Positions 38,123 through 47,586 of a stretch of 64,000 nt of DNA are shown in pieces. Position numbers and translations under genes: made by a program. Within the stretch, counting starts at the first letter, position 1, and the number at the start of each line of letters is the position of its first letter. The notes beneath the pieces are model-generated. The model worked only from the letters and a program-made list of their open reading frames with translations. It was not told the DNA's origin and ran no database searches. Source of the stretch: a virus (lineage: Duplodnaviria > Heunggongvirae > Uroviricota > Caudoviricetes); IMG/VR virus record IMGVR_UViG_2537561875_000003. The stretch is one strand, 5' to 3'.

Positions 38123-38196
38123 TTTTTATCCCAATAGGTAGAAAAGAACTAAAATCCTACCATTGGATAAGTAAAACTTCAGCTATCATTGTTTGT

Positions 38197-38502
38197 TCAA
38201 GCTGATGCTGCGAGCAAAGCGGCCTCCAAGCCTGCAAAGGGATCGCCGCCGTCGTTTACCTCAATCTCTTCTGTGCTCCACTGAAGCTGAGCATCTTCAA
38301 TGGTGACTTTAACGCCCTGCGCTCCGTAAACCGCAGATACCAGCTGAGCATTGAGGATATCGCCGCGAATATCGCCGATTGGGCTGATACGGTCGTACTC
38401 AGCCCACATCCTGAATTCGCCGACCGTCATGGTTTGTCGCAGTTCGCCCAGCGTGCGGCCCATCCGGAGCGCCAGCGCCATCAGGAACTGCATGCCAGGC
38501 AT
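38197..38502 (-). CDS. T segment of the tail assembly chaperone G-T (expressed by -1 frameshift)
   Basis: Open in the -1 frame relative to G from 4 codons before the G stop. Candidate A_AAG slip site. Confidence 0.5.
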   Translation of the reverse strand: MPGMQFLMALALRMGRTLGELRQTMTVGEFRMWAEYDRISPIGDIRGDILNAQLVSAVYGAQGVKVTIEDAQLQWSTEEIEVNDGGDPFAGLEAALLAASA

Positions 38503-38504
38503 TT

Positions 38505-38909
38505 TTACTTTGCATTAGCATCATCCGCGTCACGAATGAGATCAAGTGCCTGCTTCAACAGCCGGGAATGCACGGGGCCATAGATCGCTTCAACCTGTTC
38601 GGTGTCATCGACAGTAAAGACGGGCTGCAGGTCGGTATCCAGCAAAATATCGATGAAAAGCGTGACGTCGGCCCGCATCGTGCGGAAGGCTCGTTCTGAA
38701 GGGGTCAGTTCTGGTGCCTCTGGTGCTTCCTGCCCTTCCGGTGGTTTGGGTTGTTCCGGGCTGGCGATCCCCTGCCAGCGAATCCAGGCTTCTGCTGAAG
38801 GCTCACGAATGATGACTTTGGCGTTATCCCACTCCGGAACGGAGACTTCTTTTTTACGAAAGCCCGCCATCGGTGCCAGTGCCAGTGCTTTAAGACTCGG
38901 TTTTGACAT
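38505..38909 (-). CDS. Tail assembly chaperone G-like
   Basis: 134 aa acidic protein between the major tail gene and the tape-measure gene. Confidence 0.6.
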   Translation of the reverse strand: MSKPSLKALALAPMAGFRKKEVSVPEWDNAKVIIREPSAEAWIRWQGIASPEQPKPPEGQEAPEAPELTPSERAFRTMRADVTLFIDILLDTDLQPVFTVDDTEQVEAIYGPVHSRLLKQALDLIRDADDANAK

Positions 38910-38939
38910 TAATTTTATCGCCGGTCTCCCGGCGCTCCG

Positions 38940-39656
38940 TTAATTGATGGTGACGGTGCAATCAGAAGAAGTGATCACAGTGCCATCGGCATCAGTAACC
39001 ACGCAGGAATAAACCCCGGCATCACCGGATACAGCGCTGGCTTTCGTAAACGTTGCGCTGGTCTGGCCGCTGACCGTCGAGGTGCCCTTTTTCCAGACGT
39101 AGGTATAAGGTGCCGTACCGCCCTGGACGACTACGCCCATAGTCAGGGCGCTTCCTGCCGCGACCGTTTGAGACGCCGGAAGGTCAGTAGCAAACGACAG
39201 AACTCCTGGGGCGTTAATATTGGTGGGTTTACCTTTCAGACGCAGCGAGAACGTTGCAGCAACAACACCGTTGGTTTGAGAATCCCAGGTGTGCTGACGT
39301 ACCTCAGCGCGCATCAGGAATCCATTACCAGACGGGAAAATAACCTTAAACCCATAAACCCCGTCGTTATCATATGCTTCACGAAGTGCATCCTGCGCCG
39401 GGTTGCGGTAGAAGTTACCGGAAAGTGACATTTCAGACGGAGCAGGAAGGCCGTTGATATTTTCCGTTTCATCCGAACAGAGCGTTGTCACGTCAATATC
39501 GTTTTTCTGACCAGCGGTAAAGCTTGCCTGTTTGATAGTGCAACTCAGGTTTAACCAGGTTGCGGTATCCAGCTCTGCCGCAGTGACCGGCACAGAGGTA
39601 ATCATTACTACCGTTTTTTGGGCACGTTCAAATAGTGCTGACATCGCAGCCTCCAT
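38940..39656 (-). CDS. Major tail protein with a C-terminal Ig-like (Big_2) domain
   Basis: V-like N-terminal region plus a C-terminal Big_2-like segment (...YTYVWKKG...GVYSCVVTDADG). Confidence 0.7.
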   Translation of the reverse strand: MEAAMSALFERAQKTVVMITSVPVTAAELDTATWLNLSCTIKQASFTAGQKNDIDVTTLCSDETENINGLPAPSEMSLSGNFYRNPAQDALREAYDNDGVYGFKVIFPSGNGFLMRAEVRQHTWDSQTNGVVAATFSLRLKGKPTNINAPGVLSFATDLPASQTVAAGSALTMGVVVQGGTAPYTYVWKKGTSTVSGQTSATFTKASAVSGDAGVYSCVVTDADGTVITSSDCTVTIN

Positions 39657-39700
39657 AAATGAAAAAACCGCCAGCGGCGGTCGGATTGGATTGGTTTTTG

Positions 39701-40048
39701 TCAGGCAATAACCGTTATTTCGAGAGTTGCCCGATGAAGATGGGTTGTCGTGTCGTAGCCAGGAATTTTTGTCACCTCGACAGGTGAAAGAACCTGCAGG
39801 CGAGCCAGGGCGTCCAGGCGTAACGCTCTGGCTTCGTCATTCGTTTCAGCCCATACATCAACCTGAATGCGCAGTGTCGACTCTGCCTGGCCGCAGAAAA
39901 CATCCCCGGATACTTCAGTCGGTATCGAGAAGATGATGTAAGGCGCGGGGACATCGGGAAGCCCGTCACTACCCAGCGATACCACATACGGATAAACCCG
40001 CCCGTCTGCCAGCGGCGACAGCAGGTCATAGAGATCATCCTCTGTCAT
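39701..40048 (-). CDS. Tail terminator / tail completion protein
   Basis: 115 aa between the gp10-like gene and the major tail gene. Confidence 0.45.
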   Translation of the reverse strand: MTEDDLYDLLSPLADGRVYPYVVSLGSDGLPDVPAPYIIFSIPTEVSGDVFCGQAESTLRIQVDVWAETNDEARALRLDALARLQVLSPVEVTKIPGYDTTTHLHRATLEITVIA

Positions 40049-40494
40049 TTTGATAACACCTCATCAATAGCCTGATTCATCCGCTGCATCGCCACCTGCG
40101 CAGCCTCTTCCATGCGGGTATCAAAGGCCGGACGAACAAACGGATGTGCTGGCGCCGTAGCTGTCCCCAGCTCCACGAAGCGCCAGTAAAACGCATTCCG
40201 CTTGTTGCTGGCCTTCATGGTGATGTCGCTGTTCCCCGTTTGCGGATTAACACCGCGAATATGCACCCCTGAAGCGATTTCACCGCGACGGCGGCTTTTC
40301 TGAGTGACGACAACAACGTTTTTCTTCAGCTTGCCGGTTTGCTCGGGAGCACGATCAATCACCTCCTGCCGGAGAACTTCAGCCCCGGCACGAGTGGAAT
40401 CACGAAGGACTTTATTGTTTTCGGCTTTGCTGAGGGTTTGCAGATCTCGGGCGATATCCTGCAGCCCGGAAAAATCCAGATTCACATCAATCAT
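40045..40494 (-). CDS. HK97 gp10-family neck protein
   Basis: 149 aa resembling the HK97 gp10 family (MIDVNLDFSGLQDIARDLQ...). Confidence 0.55.
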   Translation of the reverse strand: MIDVNLDFSGLQDIARDLQTLSKAENNKVLRDSTRAGAEVLRQEVIDRAPEQTGKLKKNVVVVTQKSRRRGEIASGVHIRGVNPQTGNSDITMKASNKRNAFYWRFVELGTATAPAHPFVRPAFDTRMEEAAQVAMQRMNQAIDEVLSK

Positions 40495-40829
40495 TTTTCG
40501 GCCCCCTGTTTGCAGAGAATTTCCAGCCGGGTACCTTTTATATCCGGAACCGGAGGCCCGGTAACGTTAAGAACTGCGCCTTTAAACGGACCAGTACGGA
40601 CCTTCAATCGGGATGAGGCTGAAATATCCCTGCGAAAACGCACCCAGACTCGGATTGTCGCATCGGCATGCTCTGCGCCAGCGGCTAAGAGCTCCCGACC
40701 GCTTATCCCCTTAACCTCGGCCCAGATGGTTTTCCCATCTTCCCAATTTTCAACTGGCTGGCCTGAAGGCGTTCTGGTGGTGGTGAAATTTTGGATGGTG
40801 ACCCGGTGCCGTAATCGTCCTGCCTGCAT
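40491..40829 (-). CDS. Head-tail adaptor / head closure protein
   Basis: 112 aa; position and size. Confidence 0.55.
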   Translation of the reverse strand: MQAGRLRHRVTIQNFTTTRTPSGQPVENWEDGKTIWAEVKGISGRELLAAGAEHADATIRVWVRFRRDISASSRLKVRTGPFKGAVLNVTGPPVPDIKGTRLEILCKQGAEK

Positions 40830-40840
40830 AATTCCCCCGC

Positions 40841-41167
40841 TTAAATACCATAAATTTTGTAAGGCTGGAGAAGTGACTCGACAGTAAACGGAATATCTGT
40901 AGCAGCCTGACCGACAGAGACCGTTTCACGGTTTTCGTACCAGTGACCGATAAGCAGAAGCATCGCTGCTTTCACATCATCGCCAGGGAGAATTGAATCA
41001 GGATCATCTGCATACCCCTCGCTGGTTTCGGACTCATACATTTTGCGACGAGTCCATGTTTCGACATAACGAGAAGCAGCTCCGATGTAGAGGGTCAATA
41101 GTGAGTCGTCATCGGTAAAGTCAGGCTCAATGCGACAGTGCTTTTTAACCACTTCAAGTTCTAACAT
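40841..41167 (-). CDS. Head-tail connector (gp6-like)
   Basis: 108 aa; gp6-like N-terminus. Confidence 0.55.
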   Translation of the reverse strand: MLELEVVKKHCRIEPDFTDDDSLLTLYIGAASRYVETWTRRKMYESETSEGYADDPDSILPGDDVKAAMLLLIGHWYENRETVSVGQAATDIPFTVESLLQPYKIYGI

Positions 41168-41463
41168 TATTTTTTAGCCTTCTTCTCTGGCACAGTTTCC
41201 GGCTGTTCCGGCTGTTCCGGCTGTTCCGGCTGTTCCGGCTGTTCCGGCTGTTCCGGCTGTTCCGGCTGTTCCGGCTGTTCCGGCTGTTCCGGCTGTTCCG
41301 GCTGTTCCGGCTGTTCCGGCTGCGCAGAATTATCAACATCTACCAGCCGTGCATAACCTTTTTGAACCAACTCACGGCCATGCTGTTCCAGCGTCTCCAG
41401 TGACTCGCCTTCAGTCACCACTACCCCACCAAAATAAACTGGTTTCACCGCGATAAGTTTCAT
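41167..41463 (-). CDS. Small head-region protein with a (PEQ)n repeat of about 13 units
   Basis: 98 aa between the major capsid gene and the connector gene; contains the tandem repeat. Confidence 0.5.
   Translation of the reverse strand: MKLIAVKPVYFGGVVVTEGESLETLEQHGRELVQKGYARLVDVDNSAQPEQPEQPEQPEQPEQPEQPEQPEQPEQPEQPEQPEQPEQPETVPEKKAKK
41195..41330. repeat. Perfect tandem repeat of a 9-bp unit (ccggctgtt), roughly 13-15 copies
   Basis: Directly visible at 41195-41330. The frame-shifted ORF giving SRNSRNS is an artefact of the same repeat. Confidence 0.9.
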
Positions 41464-41505
41464 CGTGTTACTCCGAAAATAGCGGCCCGGAGGCCGCCAG
41501 AAAAA

Positions 41506-42723
41506 TTACTGGCCGCCGGAAGCCGGCACAGTAAAGGAGCCATAAATAAATGCTTCAGGGCGTTTTACTGCTAACGCCAGACGCTCTTCACAGCGAATAG
41601 AGATCATGTTTTTCTCGAAGTCATCGCTGTTCTCCGTCGAGATCACAACGTTTGCGTCTTCGCGGTCGAAAAGCTGTGCCGCAGCATTAAATGCACCTGT
41701 CAGGAACTTGCCCTGGAAAGCTGCTGCTTCAGTGGCGACAACCGGAAGCCCCCACAGCGTCGGCCCCGTCAACGCAGCCGGGTTCGCCAGGATATAGCGC
41801 CCCAGGGTGTCTTTAGTCAGTTCGATTTTCGCCCAGTCCATGAAGTGCAGGACGTGACCGGATGCAGGGAATCGGGCAAGTTGAGCCTGAAGCATTGCCA
41901 GGCGCAGATCGTCAATACCGTTCTGCTGTTCAACGGCAAATGCCGCGCTGTAAGCCGTGGCCTGCGGCACGATGCCATGGAGGTGAGCGCCAGTGCCATC
42001 ACCAAACAGAATCTCCTGCTCTTCGACGTACTTAAGGCCGTAACGCATTTCCGCATCAATCATGGACTGCAACTGGGCGAAGTCGTCCAGAATCTGCTTG
42101 GATGCCTTGAACATGTGCGCGATGGTTGTCACTGGAGTGATTTTCGGCGTGAACTCAATATTGCTGTACGGCTTGGTTGTGTTCTCCGGTACCACTGCCG
42201 CAGCATTGGTAAAGCCGGTCTGCTGCACCCAGAAAATGGCCGGTGAACCCGTACGGCCTGGCGCGATAAGATCGCGAATAAATAACCGCTGCTTTGGCGC
42301 TACATCAATACCCGGCAGTCGTTGTGGTTCAACAACCCCCTCAGGAACGTCACTGGAAATCAGCGCAGCTTTTACAGGAACAGAAATACGCTTGTTCCCT
42401 TCGATGCTGGACGACAGAACTTTAATGGCTTCAGCAGAGATAACCTGCTGGCCGACAGTTTCAATAACCTGTTTTGCGTTTGCCAGCGGCATCTGTGCAA
42501 CATGCTGCTCCAGTTCGCCCAGCGCAGCCTTCAGAGTCTTTTCGGCTTCTTTCAGCGCATTAAACTCAGTCGCCATTTTGTCCACGGTTTCTTTGGTTTC
42601 CGCCGACAATTTGCCGTTCTTTTTCGCTTCAGTCAGCGCTTCTTCCGCTTTGGCGTTAAATTTGCCGGTTGCTTCTTCAATGGAAGCGGTGACTTTTTTC
42701 AGAATCTCGTTTACATCAGACAT
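41506..42723 (-). CDS. Major capsid protein (HK97 fold)
   Basis: 405 aa; N-terminal delta-domain-like coiled coil then HK97-fold body; follows the protease. Confidence 0.85.
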   Translation of the reverse strand: MSDVNEILKKVTASIEEATGKFNAKAEEALTEAKKNGKLSAETKETVDKMATEFNALKEAEKTLKAALGELEQHVAQMPLANAKQVIETVGQQVISAEAIKVLSSSIEGNKRISVPVKAALISSDVPEGVVEPQRLPGIDVAPKQRLFIRDLIAPGRTGSPAIFWVQQTGFTNAAAVVPENTTKPYSNIEFTPKITPVTTIAHMFKASKQILDDFAQLQSMIDAEMRYGLKYVEEQEILFGDGTGAHLHGIVPQATAYSAAFAVEQQNGIDDLRLAMLQAQLARFPASGHVLHFMDWAKIELTKDTLGRYILANPAALTGPTLWGLPVVATEAAAFQGKFLTGAFNAAAQLFDREDANVVISTENSDDFEKNMISIRCEERLALAVKRPEAFIYGSFTVPASGGQ

Positions 42724-42732
42724 AAATGGTCC

Positions 42733-43581
42733 TTATTTGACTAACGCCGCAAGAGCGCTTTCAAGTGAATTGAGGGTTTCAGGTTTGATATCTTCGGCAG
42801 CGCCCGGCTTACCATCGGGATCGGTAACAGCGCCCGGCGTGTTACCTGTTAATGCTTTGATTAATTTCCGGCGCTCGGACCGGGGGGTATTTGTTTTCGC
42901 CAGCAGTGCATCAAGTTTGCGAAGCGCAGCTGCAGGTGATTCGTCGCCGTCGCTGACCGCATCAGCAGAAAGCAGGCTGTCTGCCAGTCCCTTCGCCACA
43001 GCATCGCTGCCACCGATATAACTTTCGGCGTCCATTAGTTTCTGAACGGCGGCAAAATCAAGGCCGGATCGCGCCGCGTAAATATCAGCCATTGCGGTAT
43101 CGAATGGCTCCAGTGACTGCGCCAGTTCAGCGAAGTCATGGCGGTTTCCCATCGCGTACAACCAGCAGTTATGGATCATCAGAAAGGCACCGCGGCCAAT
43201 CTGAATATCATCCCCGGCCATCGCAATTATTGAGGCGGCACTGGCGGCAATGCCCAGCACCTTCACCGTTACATGGCCTTCGTATTCGCGGAGAAGGTTA
43301 TAAATAGCCAGACCTTCGAACATGTCGCCACCCGGCGAGTTGATATTCACCGTAACATCTGCGCCGTTCATCGCCCGAAGCGCACCGGCAATACGTTTAG
43401 CTGTTATCCCTTCACCCCAGTAGTCCTGCCCTATAACATCAAAAACAGAAATAGTGTTATCGTCAGTAGTCGCCGCCTTGATCCCACCGTCCCAGCGGTC
43501 CAGTGCGGACGGTAATGTTTCACAGGTAACGCGCGCGCAGGGGCGACCCGCCGGCGCCACCGGAAGTTGTTTTTTGCTCAT
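42733..43581 (-). CDS. Prohead protease (ClpP/S49-like)
   Basis: 282 aa with a ClpP-like Ser/His region, between portal and major capsid. Confidence 0.8.
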   Translation of the reverse strand: MSKKQLPVAPAGRPCARVTCETLPSALDRWDGGIKAATTDDNTISVFDVIGQDYWGEGITAKRIAGALRAMNGADVTVNINSPGGDMFEGLAIYNLLREYEGHVTVKVLGIAASAASIIAMAGDDIQIGRGAFLMIHNCWLYAMGNRHDFAELAQSLEPFDTAMADIYAARSGLDFAAVQKLMDAESYIGGSDAVAKGLADSLLSADAVSDGDESPAAALRKLDALLAKTNTPRSERRKLIKALTGNTPGAVTDPDGKPGAAEDIKPETLNSLESALAALVK

Positions 43582-43594
43582 CAGGAAAGTGCTC

Positions 43595-44902
43595 CTAAGC
43601 GGCCTGTTTCAGCGGAGATTGTTCAAAGGAAATGTCGGGGAATACGTGGTTATGCAGCTCTCGCAAAGCCAGCGCCTGAACGGCAGGGTTGCTGCTTTCG
43701 AGATTTTTCAGTTGCGTCAGGTTGAGCTGAACGGTGTAAATATCGCCCCCTTCTATCGGCGGCATGTTCTCAAGACGGCGAACGTCATTGCGAGACATCC
43801 AGCCATTCTGCAGTGCGCTGGTATAGTAAGCAGCACGACCAGCGCTATCGGCGCGCAGAAGCCCTTCAACGGAGAACTCAGCAAACAAGTCCTCATCACT
43901 GTTCAGAAGACAACGCGATATTTCCTGCTCAATATTGACCAGGAGAGGACGCAGGGTATGAGTCAGGAACAGCATGTTCATCCCTTCAAGACTCGAAGCC
44001 CAGCTGGATTGTTTTGTCGTATGGCCGACCATAAATGGCGGTACGCGAAACCAGCGACAAATTTCCTCAATACTGAATGAACGGCTTTCAAGGAGTTGCG
44101 CGGCCTCCGGGTTCATAGTGACATTCTGGTAAGTCAGTTCATTTTCCAGAACCATCAGTTTCCCGGCGTTTTTAGAACCAATAAAAGACTGAAGGTTTTG
44201 ACGCAATCTTTCTCGCTGTTCCTTATTAAGCGCCGTTTTTGAAGACAGGAAACCGGTACTTTGCAGGCCATTTTCGAAGATTTTTGCCGCGGCTTCATCA
44301 ACCGACATAGCAGCGCCGAAAACGTCAACCCCGGCCATTGTCGGCATCATCCCGCACACACCATCAAGACCAAATCCGCGGATATGCATCATCCGGTCTA
44401 CTGGAATGATCCGCTTAACGCTATTTTCCGTGTATGTATACTGTAACTTCCCGCTATCGAGTCGCTTTACAACCATATTCTGCGGAAGTAACGGCACCAG
44501 CGAAACCAATTTGCTGCCGATATATAGCTTCTCGACAAATGCATTACCACGCAGGCAAATACTGGCCACAATCATCAACATGAAACGGGAAGGGGTCATT
44601 TCCGGGTTAGGACGCCTGCATAATATCTGGTAGGCGGGATTGTTCTGGGCCAGCTTTCGCGATCCATCAGCCTGCCGCTCGTAAATTTTAAGCGGAAGCG
44701 TGGAAACTGACTCACTTAAGAGTCTTACGCACGCCCAGACAGCAGAAAGCCGGATAACTTTGTCAGCGGTAACCACTTTTCCGCTACTGCTGGTTCCGTA
44801 CCACTCCCGCCAGAATTCACCGGTCGTCAGGCTTATGGGAACACCAAGCCAGTTTAAAAGAGCGCTCTTAACGCGCCCTGGTTGCTGTTTATTCTTAGCC
44901 AT
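43595..44902 (-). CDS. Portal protein (HK97 family)
   Basis: 435 aa after terL. Confidence 0.85.
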   Translation of the reverse strand: MAKNKQQPGRVKSALLNWLGVPISLTTGEFWREWYGTSSSGKVVTADKVIRLSAVWACVRLLSESVSTLPLKIYERQADGSRKLAQNNPAYQILCRRPNPEMTPSRFMLMIVASICLRGNAFVEKLYIGSKLVSLVPLLPQNMVVKRLDSGKLQYTYTENSVKRIIPVDRMMHIRGFGLDGVCGMMPTMAGVDVFGAAMSVDEAAAKIFENGLQSTGFLSSKTALNKEQRERLRQNLQSFIGSKNAGKLMVLENELTYQNVTMNPEAAQLLESRSFSIEEICRWFRVPPFMVGHTTKQSSWASSLEGMNMLFLTHTLRPLLVNIEQEISRCLLNSDEDLFAEFSVEGLLRADSAGRAAYYTSALQNGWMSRNDVRRLENMPPIEGGDIYTVQLNLTQLKNLESSNPAVQALALRELHNHVFPDISFEQSPLKQAA

Positions 44903-46644
44903 CAGATACCCACTATGATCGGATCGTCAAAAAAGCCCTCTATATCGCCATCATCAGGCTCATAACCTTCTGCAGCACCAATTGCCATCGCCGACGCAAC
45001 CACACCATCTATTCGACCAGTACTCTTTTTCTTGGCGAATATGCGGTTTTCTTTTTGGTCGGCTTCGGTTACGGCGGAAGCAGCGTTCCATCGGAGGCAG
45101 GGGTTTGTTTTAATAATGATTACGCCATCATCGAGCATCTGTTCAAAAAGTTCGATGGAATGAGGCATCCACAGTCCGGAATCCTGCGCCTTGTAGTATC
45201 CCTGCCCGTGAGGTATCAGCGGTACTGATACAGAAGCGCTCTCTAATTCCGGCTCAAGATATTTTATGCGGTACTGGTCGAAGGCGATCGCCTTGATATC
45301 GAACAACATGGAAAGATCAGCAATGCGCTCAGCAACAAAGCCATATTTCACCGCCTTTCCGGGAGTGGTATGAATATGGCCTCCCCGTTCCCATGCGTCG
45401 TAAGGTACGCGGTCTGTTTTCGCTCTATCCAGCAAAGTATCTTTTGGTGTCCAGAACTCCACCAGCAGCTTTCTTTTTTTAGGGAAAAAGAGCGCCAGAG
45501 ACGTAAGGTCGCGAGTTCCTGAAAGGTCCAGGCCGCCATAACATTCTTCTCCCTGCAGCTCCTGCAGGTCAAAGTCCTCTTCGCACCCCATCCACACATC
45601 GCTACTCATCCATGGGTTATCGGCATCCACCCACTGACAGAAGTTTAACCGCCGAACAATGCTTTCCTTCGACGGCATCCCCCGAGCCTGAGTAACCTGC
45701 TCACGCAGGTAGCGATCGGTAAAAGTATGACCGAGAGAGGGGTTTGCTTTTTTCCAGCAGGACTCGTCCTTGAATGGGTCTTCTCCTTCGTCCAGGGAGC
45801 AAATGAAAGAAAAGAAACTGTCATCCTCAATCGAGCCTTCGGCAACTTTACGCCCATACTCGTGATAGTCGTAGCAGACGCTGGTTTTGTCGTGGCCGCT
45901 GTTAGTGATCATGAAAATCAACGCCTGGCGACGACCTTTCGTCCCGGCGCGCATCATTTCCACAACCTGGTTGTTTTTGTGCTCGTGAATTTCGTCAATC
46001 AGTGCACAGTGTGGGCGTGGCCCTGACTGCCCATCATCCGAACTGATAGGCCGGAAAAATGAGCCGGTCTGAAGAAATGCAAGGTTCCACTCTTTCCCGG
46101 CACCGCCTGATTTATTTATTCGCTGTGCTAACGCAGGGGACTGATCCACCATCGCGACAGCATCACGAAAAAGGATCATGGCCTGGTCTTTTTTCGTTGC
46201 TGCTGCATATATCTCGGCACGAGGCTCCTTATCTGCTGTTAGACAGTAAAGCCCCACTCCGCCAGCCAGTGGTGATTTGCCGGAACCCTTACCAGATTCA
46301 ACGTACACCATGCGAAATCTACGATAACCATCCGAGTTCTTCCAGCCGAATATCGACCCTACAATAAAGCACTGCCACGGTAGCAGGTTGAAGGGTTTAC
46401 CTTCATGCTCACCACCGTTGAGCTTCAGTACCTTGGCAAAAAAGTCGATGGCGCGCTGCGCCGCTGCAACATCCCATACCAACCCGCGAGCATGGCAGGA
46501 TTCCAAATCTTTGAGATGTCGCTTACAGGCATTCCTGATGTCAGGCCCGGCAATTTCTTTGCCGGAGTCTACATCCCGCGCATATTGCGTGGCGGGATCA
46601 ACCGAAGAACTGGTTGAGCGGGTCTTCTTCTTTTTCTCCACCAT
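44902..46644 (-). CDS. Terminase large subunit
   Basis: 580 aa with Walker A (VESGKGSGKS) and a C-terminal RNaseH-like nuclease domain. Confidence 0.9.
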   Translation of the reverse strand: MVEKKKKTRSTSSSVDPATQYARDVDSGKEIAGPDIRNACKRHLKDLESCHARGLVWDVAAAQRAIDFFAKVLKLNGGEHEGKPFNLLPWQCFIVGSIFGWKNSDGYRRFRMVYVESGKGSGKSPLAGGVGLYCLTADKEPRAEIYAAATKKDQAMILFRDAVAMVDQSPALAQRINKSGGAGKEWNLAFLQTGSFFRPISSDDGQSGPRPHCALIDEIHEHKNNQVVEMMRAGTKGRRQALIFMITNSGHDKTSVCYDYHEYGRKVAEGSIEDDSFFSFICSLDEGEDPFKDESCWKKANPSLGHTFTDRYLREQVTQARGMPSKESIVRRLNFCQWVDADNPWMSSDVWMGCEEDFDLQELQGEECYGGLDLSGTRDLTSLALFFPKKRKLLVEFWTPKDTLLDRAKTDRVPYDAWERGGHIHTTPGKAVKYGFVAERIADLSMLFDIKAIAFDQYRIKYLEPELESASVSVPLIPHGQGYYKAQDSGLWMPHSIELFEQMLDDGVIIIKTNPCLRWNAASAVTEADQKENRIFAKKKSTGRIDGVVASAMAIGAAEGYEPDDGDIEGFFDDPIIVGI

Positions 46645-47062
46645 CCACTTTCACCTTCGTTCTGGCGGCCGGAGTCAGACCGAATTCAACCAGGTAACTT
46701 TTAAAACGTCGATCAGCATCCGCCAACATTGCTACTGCCGGGTTAGCCTTAATCAAAAAACCGCCCTCGGTCTGCACGGTGTAAGTTCGCCCCTCGTCAG
46801 CAATAGTCAGGCGAAGCTGCAGAATGTCGGCGTAAATATCGCAGAGTCGTTCGAGCGCCAGCGTATCGGCAATGGTTAAAATGCCCATGCCATCCAGCAG
46901 CACGGTCAGCTTCCCCCACGCCACCTTTCCCCAGTCAGTGAGGTGCTCTGGAGGGCTTGGTATTTCTCGCGCTGGCGATGGTTCTTTGTCATTAAGTTTG
47001 CGTTTGCCCGGGTTGCCGGTAACCACTTTGAGGTGGGTCGGTTTCGGGCGTCGTCCTGCCAT
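46598..47062 (-). CDS. Terminase small subunit (P27 family)
   Basis: 154 aa overlapping the terL start. Confidence 0.7.
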   Translation of the reverse strand: MAGRRPKPTHLKVVTGNPGKRKLNDKEPSPAREIPSPPEHLTDWGKVAWGKLTVLLDGMGILTIADTLALERLCDIYADILQLRLTIADEGRTYTVQTEGGFLIKANPAVAMLADADRRFKSYLVEFGLTPAARTKVKVDGGEKEEDPLNQFFG

Positions 47063-47164
47063 CGGAACCTCCCGGAAAAAAACTTTTCATTTCGCGGTTG
47101 TGCACAAAAAGGACTGGCGGCGGTCATTTGGGTTCGAGGTTCTGAACTTTTGACCCGCCCCTCC

Positions 47165-47255
47165 CCCTCAGATGAGAATTGATATCATTTGATTCAAAAT
47201 GATTTCATTTGCAATCATTCCCCCGCAAAAAATGAGATTAAATATCATTTAAACC
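47165..47255. promoter_or_regulatory. Candidate cos/terminase-binding region with two 21-bp direct repeats (atgagaWtRatatcatttRa) and ATCATTT repeats
   Basis: atgagaattgatatcatttga and atgagattaaatatcatttaa lie between HNH and terS. Confidence 0.4.
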
Positions 47256-47586
47256 AATGTGAGTTAGGATCCAGGGGCATTCCGCTCTCATCACAACCGA
47301 TGACGGTGCCACGCTTCTCCATTCGCTGCTTCGTTGAGTCGTGGTGCTGCTTACACAACCCTTGCCAGTTCTTCCGGCTCCAGAAAAGCTTTTGCGCCTT
47401 CGCTATTTCCTGGCTGTCACCAGAGCGCAGAGCCTCTTTCAGTTTGTGCGGGATGATGTGGTCAACCACCGTTGCCGCTGTCACCCTGCCTTGCTCCTGG
47501 CACATGACGCACAAGGGGTGCGCACGTAGGAAGATAAGACGCTCTCGGTCCCACTTGCTGCCATAGATACGGGGCTCTTTGTTCAC
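47245..47586 (-). CDS. HNH endonuclease (packaging-associated)
   Basis: Cys4/His motif (HPLCVMC...VDHIIPH...CKQHHD). Typical HNH-terS-terL arrangement. Confidence 0.75.
   Translation of the reverse strand: MNKEPRIYGSKWDRERLIFLRAHPLCVMCQEQGRVTAATVVDHIIPHKLKEALRSGDSQEIAKAQKLFWSRKNWQGLCKQHHDSTKQRMEKRGTVIGCDESGMPLDPNSHWFK

Noticed and set aside
38148-38158. Short imperfect inverted repeat (ccaataggtag / cctaccattgg) upstream of the moron, considered as an operator
   Set aside because: Imperfect and short. Nothing supports it beyond position.
41154-41339. ORF translating as SRNSRNSRNS...
   Set aside because: It is an alternative frame of the 9-bp tandem repeat. The PEQ frame is the one contiguous with a sensible N-terminus and operon position.
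42062-43021. 319-aa plus-strand ORF
   Set aside because: Antisense to the major capsid and protease genes.
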